From: Gammaproteobacteria bacterium
GTDB lineage: Bacteria; Pseudomonadota; Gammaproteobacteria; Eutrophobiales; Eutrophobiaceae
DNA length: 64,000 nt
Direction: 5' to 3'
Assembly (NCBI GenBank): GCA_965238225.1
Contig: OZ250183.1
Span: forward strand, 1,280,001 to 1,344,000
The position numbers were made by a program, and so were the translations under genes. Shown here piece after piece: positions 46,039 to 58,692 of this stretch (position 1 is its first letter; each line of letters begins with the position of its first letter). The notes beneath the pieces were generated by a model. That model was not told where the DNA came from. It ran no database searches and was given only the letters and a program-made list of their open reading frames with translations.

Positions 46039-46889
46039 TTAATAATCTGTACCTATCGCCACAGGTCTTTATGGGTCTGAACACCAACCACCCCAAGAGC
46101 CAGCATACAAACAAGGGGGCTTGAGGTCAGCTGCGCCACCGCTAAGAGATTATGGCAGGCAGTGGACGCCAGAACCACAATACAAGGACTGTTTCTTTAA
46201 TATATCCGTTTCCCAATACATAAATAAAATTCCTTAGCGTAATTAGCAAGAGGTCTTAAAAAAACCGTCATTAATCAAGATTATTTTTTTCCAAAATCGA
46301 TTGATGGCGCTTGATATATGTCCAGCCGCTTTGTCAATCGGCTCAATTTCGCCGTTATGGAGTTTAGAATCTCTAGAATCAACCAACAATTTGGTTGCCG
46401 AAACATCATCGACAGTCGCTAGCCAATCCGTATTTGCCAACGCCTCATAATGACTGGGTATATTTTTTCTTCCCCTGCTGCATCAGGCAATCCAGCCTGC
46501 TCCCAGTCTTGTCATCCTCCATCAAGAACAGCAACAGCCTTGTGCCCCATATAACGCAACAACTACCAAAGTCTAGTAGCAAACCACGTGGATGCGTTAT
46601 CGTAAACAATCACCTGTGAATCACGATTGATTCCAAACTGAGAAAATAATTTACTCAAAGCTGCTTCTGTCGGCAACAGATGCCGTCCATAGTCTGTCAC
46701 AGGAGATCCGCTCAGATCATCATGCACACCTGTAAAGACAGCACCTTTGATATGTGATTTCAGATACAAATTCCTGCCAAAATCTTTAGCCATCAGATTA
46801 CAACTACAATCAAATATAATCTAATCAGGATCTTGTGGATGATTGGCTAATATTTTTTTGTCGATTAGTGTCGTAAATACATCCGTCAT
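46039..46889 (-). pseudogene. 3-mercaptopyruvate/thiosulfate sulfurtransferase (SseA-like) pseudogene
   Basis: HIKGA, GRHLLP, VYDN, LVDSR, AGHI, CGSGV/TACHNLL and LYAGSW in order, with several frameshifts and stops. Confidence 0.88.
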
Positions 46890-47057
46890 GTATATTGTCA
46901 TATCCTGCAAAATACCTACCTTGCTTTATAATTTTCAAAGCCCGTCAGCATCATCTCACATTTATGTATTATTTTTAATAAGTTTCCAAGAATTTATTGG
47001 TTTTTTATAAAAATCAATAAATTGTGTTAGAGTCATATATAAAATTAATATCTCTAT

Positions 47058-47093
47058 AAGGGGTGATAATACGGGAAGGGGTGATAATACGGG
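47058..47093. repeat. Perfect 18-bp tandem duplication AAGGGGTGATAATACGGG
   Basis: Read directly from the sequence. Confidence 0.9.
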
Positions 47094-47225
47094 TTTATAT
47101 TGCTAAAATTACTATTAAAAACGTAGAAATTATTATTTATAGATTTTAGTATAATGCTCACTAGGGTAACATTGAGCGTATACGAATATATACAATCTAG
47201 ATTGTTACTGAGCAAGTAAAAGGCA

Positions 47226-48113
47226 ATGTTAAATAAAATCTTTACAAAACCTCTGAAGTTAGAAGTTGGGGAGCAAACGGTGAGTTTCTTATCGATTGCC
47301 GATTTTGGATTCTGCATGTCTGGAAGAACATCAGTACCTTCATTGAAAATCACGGAACTGATAAAGCACACTACAAAACAATTACGAACAGAGGCACGCT
47401 CGATAAAAGATATCGAAAAATGCTTTGTATCGATTCTGTCTCATTCACTTGAAGATCCCTCCAGTATTAGTCGCGCACTCAAAGAATTGGACACATCTAT
47501 TTTTTCAAATGATCATGAATGGAGGAGTATCATTAGTGCACTAAATAATAGTAGTGATGAATTTAATCCTTTTCGTAGGATAGCCCTTGTAAAATACATG
47601 CAATATCTATCATCACGCCAAGATATTATTAAATTTCTATTTTCTAAAAAGAAAAAACTAGAGAAAAAATCAGAAAAACAACTAAAATATGAAAAGCAAG
47701 CAGAAGAACTGCTTAAAGAAACAATAATATTTGAAGATAACTTATTTAATCCAAACAGCAATAACACGAAAGATAATGAATTTGAACGTGTGCCAAAAGG
47801 TGAATCAGTAATTATCACGCTCAAGCCTAAAGAAAAAATTGTCGTCATGTTATCAAAGCACAGATGTGCAATTGAAATGAACGAGCAAGCTTTCTTTATT
47901 GATCAAAAAAAGCAAAAGCACGTTTTAGATAAAAAGTATAACATCATAGGTAGAAATGCTTCTGGTTCCATTGTCATAGACCCTAGTTTAAAAGATATCT
48001 CCAGAGTACATCTTGTTATCGAAAGTCTAGGTGATAATATACTGCAATTAACTGATCTTTCTGCGCATGGTACATACATACCATCAGCGCTCCTTGCAGA
48101 TCATTCATGCTGA
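47226..48113 (+). CDS. C-terminal FHA domain protein
   Basis: IIGR...ISRVHL...LTDLSAHGT. The N-terminal ~200 aa is unassigned. Confidence 0.8.
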   Translation: MLNKIFTKPLKLEVGEQTVSFLSIADFGFCMSGRTSVPSLKITELIKHTTKQLRTEARSIKDIEKCFVSILSHSLEDPSSISRALKELDTSIFSNDHEWRSIISALNNSSDEFNPFRRIALVKYMQYLSSRQDIIKFLFSKKKKLEKKSEKQLKYEKQAEELLKETIIFEDNLFNPNSNNTKDNEFERVPKGESVIITLKPKEKIVVMLSKHRCAIEMNEQAFFIDQKKQKHVLDKKYNIIGRNASGSIVIDPSLKDISRVHLVIESLGDNILQLTDLSAHGTYIPSALLADHSC

Positions 48114-48307
48114 TCTTTTTCACATCATAAATCTACAGACATAGAGAAAAATACTGCACGATTGTATGCTTATTCCAGATAATATATCTCCTAATATATC
48201 TCAGTCATTCTTTACATTGGAATATAATATTTTTCCTAATATCGGCATCCGTTCATTAATAGCGCTTTTTACCAAGGCATCAGCCTCAAAATCAACCCGG
48301 ATAAAAA

Positions 48308-49039
48308 ATGACCACAGTCACATTTGATATTGATAAATTAGCAGCAGAGTATAATGACAAAACACCTTTAGAGATACTGGCTCTAGCAATAGATCGTTTC
48401 GAGAATATATCTATTTCATTTAGTGGCGCTGAAGATGTTGTACTCATCGATATGGCGGTTCAGATTAAACCCGACATCAAGATATTTTCTTTGGATACAG
48501 GAAGATTACATCCAGAAACCTATCGATTCATAGAACAAGTAAAAAATCACTACAATATAAAAATCTATTTGGTGTCTCCCGATCCAAAACAATTAGAAAA
48601 ATTTGTCCATGATAAGGGCTTGTATAGTTTTTATCAAGATGGTCACGAGGAATGCTGCAATATTCGCAAGGTCATGCCTTTGCAACGCGCACTATCAACA
48701 CTCGATGCATGGATTACCGGACAACGCCAAGATCAAAGTCCAGACACGCGCCAAGCAATTCCTATTATTCAAGAAGATATTACGTTCTCGTCTAAAAACC
48801 ACACATTAATCAAGTTCAACCCTTTGGCTCTATGGACATCACAAAAAATTTGGCAATATATTCGAGAAAATGATGTTCCTTTTAACGAGCTTCATACAAA
48901 AGGCTTCACCAGTATTGGTTGCGAACCTTGTACACGCGCTATCCTTCCGAATCAACATGAACGAGAAGGACGTTGGTGGTGGGAGGATGTCGCTAAAAAA
49001 GAATGTGGTTTACATTTAGATAATATTAAAAATAAATAA
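48308..49039 (+). CDS. cysH: APS/PAPS reductase, Fe-S (APS-type) motifs
   Basis: SFSGAED, LDTGRL, CC.IRKV, SIGCEPCT and KECGLH. Confidence 0.95.
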   Translation: MTTVTFDIDKLAAEYNDKTPLEILALAIDRFENISISFSGAEDVVLIDMAVQIKPDIKIFSLDTGRLHPETYRFIEQVKNHYNIKIYLVSPDPKQLEKFVHDKGLYSFYQDGHEECCNIRKVMPLQRALSTLDAWITGQRQDQSPDTRQAIPIIQEDITFSSKNHTLIKFNPLALWTSQKIWQYIRENDVPFNELHTKGFTSIGCEPCTRAILPNQHEREGRWWWEDVAKKECGLHLDNIKNK

Positions 49040-49091
49040 CATGATTAAATTTTAATCTAAATAAATTTATTTTGTCCGTAGTATTTTCCCA

Positions 49092-50081
<990 letters not shown>

Positions 50082-50186
50082 TTATTCTGTATTATTATAA
50101 AAATATGTATATAAATTACTTTTAAGTATAGAGAGGAGCTTATACACTAACAAGCTCTTTTCAAAACAGCATTCATTCTTGGCGAC

Positions 50187-50972
50187 TTGATGGACATAGC
50201 ATTCATAATTATCGGTTTCTTAGTTGGTTTCGTCGTCGGTTTGACTGGCGTTGGTGGCGGCTCGCTCATGACCCCTATTTTAGTTCTGGGGTTTTCTATT
50301 CCTCCAGCTATAGCAGTTGGAACCGACTTGTTGTATGCCGCAATAACCAAATCTACAGGTATTTTTATTTATCATGCTAAAAATACTATTGACTGGAATG
50401 TTGTGAAACTTTTAAGTGCCGGAAGCATACCTTCGGCATGTTTATCTATTTTTGTGCTCAAAACCATGACTGCGTCAGGAATAGATTACAACCAAGTCAT
50501 CACTACCATTTTGAGTATCGCATTGATACTGACATCATTAGCGCTCCTGTTTAAAACTCAAATTCAAAAGCTTAGTCAAAATGAGCATATGTCTAGCCTC
50601 AAGGTTCTACACAAAGAATTCCAGAAACCATTAACTATTTTTTCTGGTGCTATGATTGGTTTTTTAGTCACGCTTTCCTCGGTTGGTGCTGGCGTATTAG
50701 GCGCTACAATATTATTTTTTCTTTACCCGCATATGCGTGCAATATCAATTGTTGGTACTGATCTGGCTCATGCTGTACCGATTACCGCTATTTCTGGCCT
50801 TGGTCATGCGTATCTAGGAGCGGTTGATTATATGCTTTTAGGAACCCTCCTGATTGGGTCTATCCCAGGCATATATCTGGGAGGCAATCTCGGCTCATAC
50901 TTACCCGAGCGCGTCATGCGACCTCTTTTGGCTGCTATGTTGCTTATGATTGGAATTTTTTTGCTATTGTAA
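50187..50972 (+). CDS. TauE/SafE sulfite exporter family protein
   Basis: GLTGVGGGSLMTP, AVGTDL and SSVGAG; multi-TM. Confidence 0.92.
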   Translation: MMDIAFIIIGFLVGFVVGLTGVGGGSLMTPILVLGFSIPPAIAVGTDLLYAAITKSTGIFIYHAKNTIDWNVVKLLSAGSIPSACLSIFVLKTMTASGIDYNQVITTILSIALILTSLALLFKTQIQKLSQNEHMSSLKVLHKEFQKPLTIFSGAMIGFLVTLSSVGAGVLGATILFFLYPHMRAISIVGTDLAHAVPITAISGLGHAYLGAVDYMLLGTLLIGSIPGIYLGGNLGSYLPERVMRPLLAAMLLMIGIFLLL

Positions 50973-51358
50973 TTAAATTACCAAAAAATTTAAGCAGTCT
51001 AATATTACTATAAGAGCAAGTGTTACTTAAGAGTAGGACTTAAGCAGCGTGATCCCTTCTATAGTTCTCAATAATTTTAAACATTTTGTCTTTCAAAAAA
51101 AATTTTTTCTTTTTCTTTTTTTCTAATTTCATATTCTCAATAGTAATCTCTCCAGTATTTTAACTGCCTATTTCTCGTTTTAAATTGGCATGTCCGATGA
51201 AAAACAAAACTGGTTATTACACGAACAAAATCACGCTAGAAATGTTACAAAAGCCTTCGCTGAACTTGAATGGGAATAAAATTAAAATTTAGAAACTTAA
51301 AACGGAATAAGCCCAAGCACAGAATAAAACTCAACAAGGAAGCGAACCCTTCATAAAC

Positions 51359-51697
51359 TTAATCTTCTATTTTCTTTTTTATATGAGGTATGGATGATGG
51401 ATCTCCTGCATTCATATAACGCTTTTCATCATCTATAGCCGTCATGTTTTCATAAACGCCATCATCTCTTTTTACAAGTTTTGTAAACCCGTGATTTTTT
51501 AACTCGGCATTACCCGTTGGAAATGCGAGCGCAGGCGCCCTGATAATTTTTCTTACAGATGCTAAAGGGTCTGTTTCGCCAAGAGGATGTTGTGTGACGT
51601 AACAAAGCTCCCCCCAGTTTTCGATATTATCCTTAATTGAATGTGTTGCCTCAATGGTTTTGCCATTTAGCCCACAAAAATAATCATAATTTGGCAA
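51359..51697 (-). CDS. FmdB-like zinc-ribbon family protein
   Basis: (M)PNYDYFC...E..H...WGELC and GFTKLVKRDDGVYEN. TTG start after GAGG. Confidence 0.72.
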   Translation of the reverse strand: MPNYDYFCGLNGKTIEATHSIKDNIENWGELCYVTQHPLGETDPLASVRKIIRAPALAFPTGNAELKNHGFTKLVKRDDGVYENMTAIDDEKRYMNAGDPSSIPHIKKKIED

Positions 51698-51820
51698 TAG
51701 ATTTTTCCTCAAATCATTATTAAAACAGGAAAGAAAATAACCATAAAAATAAGCATAGTCAAATTATGATAATTCTAACAGTAGCACTCGTTATCCGCCG
51801 AGATGGTTTGTTATATTTTA

Positions 51821-52123
51821 CTATGAAAGTCTTATTACCTTTTGGCGAAATAAGCCTTTTTCTTTTTTTCTAAGAATTTTTTTTGATATCTGTTTTATAT
51901 CTCCGCTTGTAGTAAGTCCTTGTGCATAACTTCTACAACCAAGGATGTTCTTATATTCATAAACAAAATAATCATCATTGTTATTAATTTCTTCATAATA
52001 TGAAGCTATTAATTTCTTAGGACGAAGAGATAAACTAAAACATATACTAACGATAAATAATATAATTTCTTCTTTGTTAAAATCAAAAGATGTTAAATAT
52101 ATTGTTATAAATTCTAGAGACAT
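51821..52123 (-). CDS. Hypothetical membrane protein, AT-rich
   Basis: AGGAG RBS, 100-aa ORF with one hydrophobic segment. Confidence 0.5.
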   Translation of the reverse strand: MSLEFITIYLTSFDFNKEEIILFIVSICFSLSLRPKKLIASYYEEINNNDDYFVYEYKNILGCRSYAQGLTTSGDIKQISKKILRKKEKGLFRQKVIRLS

Positions 52124-52147
52124 TACTGTATGCTCCTACTGTGTATC

Positions 52148-52620
52148 TCATAGGAACTTTCTGGATTTTAAAAATTCCTTCACCTGTTTTATGACACTAT
52201 CATTTTTCATAAGAAATGGGTGTGATACAGCTAAAGAAATGTGATCAGTCATGTCTGCCAGTTTAGTACGAACAACTGATACCTTTCCATCATCTGGGTT
52301 GGGCAGCATTAATGACAAGATAAAATTAATAGTTGATGTGCCGTCTATGATACCAATAGGGTAATTGACTGACTCCAGTGAGTTCGGAACGCTTGTTGCC
52401 TCGGTGCTAAGCTGCATACCCGCTGGACTATTTATCATTTTAAACCCATAGTATATTTCTCATTTTATCAACAACTTCACTGCTTTTATTCGGCGACCCC
52501 AGCATAACAACTCTATTTAAATTTTCTAAGTTATTATCCTCCAAATATTATTCTTAATACGATACCGCCTAATGAGTGCGTAACAAAATTTATTGGTGAC
52601 GTAGCCACACACCTAAAGCA
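52148..52620 (-). pseudogene. Alpha/beta hydrolase (lipase-like) pseudogene, 5'-truncated
   Basis: PINFVTHSLGGIV nucleophile elbow, RVVMLGSPN, DDGKVSV and SHPFLM across frameshifts. Confidence 0.82.
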
Positions 52621-52679
52621 TAATACGACACATGCACAAAGACGTGCGTTAGTAGTCGCTGCGGAATGTATCATTAAAA

Positions 52680-53815
52680 ATATTTCTTATTCTTTGGGCG
52701 ATATTTTTATATTCATCAATAAATTTTCTTTCTGCAATGTGCGCATTGTCATCCATACAATTCATTGAGCATGCTAATCCTTTATTTTCATTCAGGTCTT
52801 TTGAGAAGGTGCTGATTGACTTCATGTCAAATGCACGTATATGATTTTCTAAAGTTTTTAGGTAATCATATGCCTCAATACCTCCTTCCCGGTCTTAACA
52901 TTCCAGCACCCTGTTTTTTGTCGTATATTTGACATTTCGTCCTTAATACTGATGAATCTTTCCATATCTTCCAAACCAAATGTGCGCTGATATATATACG
53001 GGTTTAATCGCTCTAGCAGATCAGCTCCTAATTATGATGAGCCAGCCATAAATCTAGCGCGTAGCCATGCGAACCTCTCCCACGCTTCAGTGCTTGCTTC
53101 ATAGTAATGTTCAGTATCATCTATTGGCATCACCAAAGGTGCATTTCTTCCCCATGGTCGAAGGTTAAAATCAACGCGATAAAGAAATCCTGTTGGTTTT
53201 ATTTCTTCAAGATAACGAGTAAAATTGCGAATGCATTGCACGAGTGCAGAATGATATTTATCTGTATCGCCTTCAATATCTTCGCTGCTGACACAGACAA
53301 AAATAAGATCAACATCGGAACTATAATTTAATTCCTGCGCGCCTAATTTACCCATTGCAAACAAGGCAAGAGGCACTTCCTTGTCTGCTTGTTTTAAATC
53401 TTCGCATGCGCTTGCAAGCTCTAATGTTTTATTTAATATCGCGTCAGCTAATTTACTTAGCGCCAATAATATCTGTTCATATGGTTCTTGATTACTTATA
53501 TCCAAAGATGTGATTCGTAAAAGCTCACGATATTTTAATAGCCTTAAGCCTTCTATATCTGATATTTTTTTAATGTGGAGAAAGTTTCACTTTTCTTCGT
53601 TCCAATTAAGTAAATTGCTTCTGGCTTACGGCAAATATAATGAAAAAGAAAATTTGATACTGTAATGATATGAATGAAAAGCCGAGTAAATTTAACAGGT
53701 TTTTCAGATAAAAAATCACGTACAATAGCTTCTTGTCAAGGAGGTGCTCTAGTCTTAAATTTGCAAGCTCAGGGTTGGGCGATTGACCTAACAGATGTTT
53801 GTATTTAGAAATCAC
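52680..53815 (-). pseudogene. glnE: Glutamine synthetase adenylyltransferase-like pseudogene
   Basis: MGKLGAQELNYSSDVDLIF, YRVDFNLRPWG, WERFAWLRAR and downstream WNVKTG, in fragmented frames. Confidence 0.82.
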
Positions 53816-53898
53816 AAAATAAGAACTAATCTCTACAATTATCTTGTAAAATGTCTTTGTCTGGCTGTAGCAAGAATTATCTTGTAAAATTCACTCCA

Positions 53899-55827
<1,929 letters not shown>

Positions 55828-55844
55828 TCAGATGGGGAAATGTC

Positions 55845-55918
55845 TGCTTCCCTACGCCAGTACTAACCGGTTCAGGTTCAAGAGTTAATCTCAGCCATTA
55901 TGAGGCACCTCTAGCTAC
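55845..55918 (-). ncRNA. TPP riboswitch
   Basis: Minus strand reads GAGGTGC...GCTGAGA...GAACCTGAACCGGTTAGTACTGGCGTAGGGAAG, directly upstream of thiC. Confidence 0.93.
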
Positions 55919-55988
55919 ACTGCTCATATCTTTGCTGTATAATACCCCAGATGAGCCAATTGAAACCTACTTATTTGAGAATATTTTG

Positions 55989-56642
55989 ATGAATTTTAAT
56001 GAAGCCCGCTTAAACATGATTGAGCAACAAATCAAGCCTTGGAATGTGCCTGATAAGTCTGTGCTGGATCTGATTTCCGAGATTCACCGCGAAGATTTCG
56101 TACCTGCCGAATATAAGCGCTTGGCGCTTTCTGATATGCGAATACCCCTCGCTCATGACGAGATAACGATGACTCCTAAAGTTGAAGCGCGTTTAATGCA
56201 AGCGCTCGAAATACAGCCAGAAGATGAAATCCTTGAAATTGGTACGGGGTGCGCTTATTTAACCGCTTTATTAGCAAAATCTGGATGCCATGTTATAAGT
56301 GTAGATATCCAGCCTGAGTTCACAGAACAGGCAAAACTAAAACTTGAACAATATGGTATTCATAATGTAACGCTTGAATCAGGTGATGCAATTCATGGTT
56401 GGCAACAGTCTGCGCCATATAATGTGATTGTGCTCACTGGTTCTGTTCCTTTTCTGAGTGAAAAATTAAAACAGCAACTTAAAATAAACGGGCGTCTATT
56501 CATAATTACTGGCCAGTCACCTGTTATGGAAGCAACGCTAATTAAAAGATTGTCTGAAAATGAATGGAATGCTGAAATATTATTCGAAACTGACCTGCCA
56601 GAATTGGTAGGCGCCACTCAAGTTGAGCCTTTCAAGTTTTAG
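55989..56642 (+). CDS. pcm: Protein-L-isoaspartate O-methyltransferase family protein
   Basis: ARLNMIEQQIKPW, REDFVP and LEIGTG; upstream of tolC. Confidence 0.9.
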   Translation: MNFNEARLNMIEQQIKPWNVPDKSVLDLISEIHREDFVPAEYKRLALSDMRIPLAHDEITMTPKVEARLMQALEIQPEDEILEIGTGCAYLTALLAKSGCHVISVDIQPEFTEQAKLKLEQYGIHNVTLESGDAIHGWQQSAPYNVIVLTGSVPFLSEKLKQQLKINGRLFIITGQSPVMEATLIKRLSENEWNAEILFETDLPELVGATQVEPFKF

Positions 56643-56702
56643 CAAGCAATGCTAAACTAATAATTAGTTAAGAATGTAATAAAAAAGACAAAAAAATAGA
56701 AA

Positions 56703-58052
56703 ATGAATTTCGATACATACAATAATAAAGATGCTAGCTTGATGTCATATTTAAAATATAGCGCTTTGTTGGTGATTTTTAGTTGCAGAGTTGCGGCAAT
56801 GGATTTGATTGACGTTTACGCACTTGCCCAAGCCAGCGATCCGTTATACAAGCAATCTATTTTCTCAACCTTGGCTATTCGTGAATCAAAACCCCAAGCA
56901 AAGGCATTGTTATTACCCTCTGTTAATATAAATGCCAATGCAATGAGAAATGATCAAACGATCAGTAACAATGCGAGCTTTGGCCGTTCAGGTAATGTAA
57001 ATTTTGACAGTTACAACTATGCAATAGATATTACACAATCAATATTCAGATGGGATCGTTATCTCGCTCTAAAACAAGCGGATAGTCTCATTCTTCAAGC
57101 TGAAGCCGAACAAGAGTCTATGAAACAAGACTTAATTATCCGCGTAATAGAGAGTTATTTTGAAATTCTGGCTGCCTTGGATAACCTTGAATTTGCAAAA
57201 GCTGAAACAAAATCACTGAAAAGCCAACTAGAACAAGCAAGGCAACGATTTGCAGTAGGCTTAATAGCAATAACAGATGTTCAAGAGGCGCAAGCTGGTT
57301 TCGATAGAGCGACTGCAGATGAAATTTTGAATAAAAATTTACTTGACAATGCCAGAGAAAATTTGCGTGAGATAATAGGTCAATATATTACCAAACTAGA
57401 CAGCTTGGGTGATTTTATGCCCCTCATCAACCCTGAACCAGATGATATTGACCAATGGTCAAAAACGGCTGCATCGAATAATTTGAATATTATTGCGATC
57501 AAATACAAACTGGAAAACTCGCTTCGGGAAGTCAAAAAACAAAGTGCTGGTCATTTACCTACTCTCGATTTAGTTGTCAAATACGGAAAAAATTTATCGG
57601 GCGGTCTTTTTGGTACAACTGAAACCGAATCATCAGCTATTGGTTTAGAATTGAATGCGCCTATCTATCAAGGTAAATTCGTCAGCTCCAAATCAAAAGA
57701 AGCCAGACATCGTTATAATCAGTCGCTGCAAGAACTTGAACAGGCTCTACGTGCTGCACAGAAAGAAACTCGTCAGGCATATCTGGGTGTTATTTCTGGT
57801 ATCAGTCGTGTTACTGCGCTCAAGCAGGCTATTGTTTCAAGTGAGGCTGCATTAAAAGCAACAGAAACCGGTTTTCAAGTTGGTACACGCACTGCGGTTG
57901 ATGTCGTCGCATCAGAGAGAAACAACTTGAATGCAAAACGTAATTATTCACGTGCAAGATATGATTATTTACTAAACAGTATGCGTCTTAAACGTGCAGC
58001 CGGGATATTAACTCCGGATGATCTAAAGCAAATTAGTGCTTGGCTAAATTAG
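56703..58052 (+). CDS. tolC: TolC family outer-membrane channel
   Basis: DLIDVY..A...DP, RFAVGL.AITDV.EA, GHLPTLDL and GFQVGTRT.VDV. Confidence 0.93.
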   Translation: MNFDTYNNKDASLMSYLKYSALLVIFSCRVAAMDLIDVYALAQASDPLYKQSIFSTLAIRESKPQAKALLLPSVNINANAMRNDQTISNNASFGRSGNVNFDSYNYAIDITQSIFRWDRYLALKQADSLILQAEAEQESMKQDLIIRVIESYFEILAALDNLEFAKAETKSLKSQLEQARQRFAVGLIAITDVQEAQAGFDRATADEILNKNLLDNARENLREIIGQYITKLDSLGDFMPLINPEPDDIDQWSKTAASNNLNIIAIKYKLENSLREVKKQSAGHLPTLDLVVKYGKNLSGGLFGTTETESSAIGLELNAPIYQGKFVSSKSKEARHRYNQSLQELEQALRAAQKETRQAYLGVISGISRVTALKQAIVSSEAALKATETGFQVGTRTAVDVVASERNNLNAKRNYSRARYDYLLNSMRLKRAAGILTPDDLKQISAWLN

Positions 58053-58094
58053 TGCGTGAACTGTTAAAATTAAACACGTCACTAAAGCAACATT

Positions 58095-58670
58095 ATGCCT
58101 AATTTCGGTATCAATAACGTTCTATGTAGTGCCGAAAACAGTTGCCTTGTGATTATTGATACCCAAACACGTCTTAGCTTGACAATGCCGCCAAAAGTTT
58201 TAGCGCGGCTTAAGAAAAATATTAATACTTTACTTCAAAGTGCGGATACATTATCAATTCCAGTATTAATTACTGAACAATACCCCAAAGGGTTGGGTTC
58301 TACAGTGCCTGAGATTATCGAATTACTCCCTAATGACACTCTAAAATTTGAAAAAACCTGCTTTTCTTGTACCGGTTCAGAACAATTCCTGCAAAAACTA
58401 GAAAAAACTGGACGTAAACAAGTTGTTATCGTTGGTATGGAAGCTCACATCTGCATCTTACAAACAGCTATTCAATTGATCGACATAGACTATCATGTCT
58501 TTGCTGCTGCTGATGGCATCTGTTCGAGGCATAAGGAAGATTATGAAATATCATTAAAGCGCATGATTCATGCAAATGTTGTTATTTGCAGCACTGAGTC
58601 TGTAATATTTGAATGGCTGCGCGATGCTAAACATGGGCATTTTAAAAAATTATCACGCCTGTCTCAATAA
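58095..58670 (+). CDS. Isochorismatase family hydrolase
   Basis: IIDTQ, TEQYPKGLG, KTCFSC, GMEAHICILQT and ESVIFEW. Confidence 0.9.
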   Translation: MPNFGINNVLCSAENSCLVIIDTQTRLSLTMPPKVLARLKKNINTLLQSADTLSIPVLITEQYPKGLGSTVPEIIELLPNDTLKFEKTCFSCTGSEQFLQKLEKTGRKQVVIVGMEAHICILQTAIQLIDIDYHVFAAADGICSRHKEDYEISLKRMIHANVVICSTESVIFEWLRDAKHGHFKKLSRLSQ

Positions 58671-58692
58671 ACATCATTAAACATAAAATTTC

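Noticed and set aside
47054-47371. 105-aa minus-strand ORF and the many other short antisense ORFs in the track
   Set aside because: They overlap well-supported genes on the opposite strand or frame and show no motifs.
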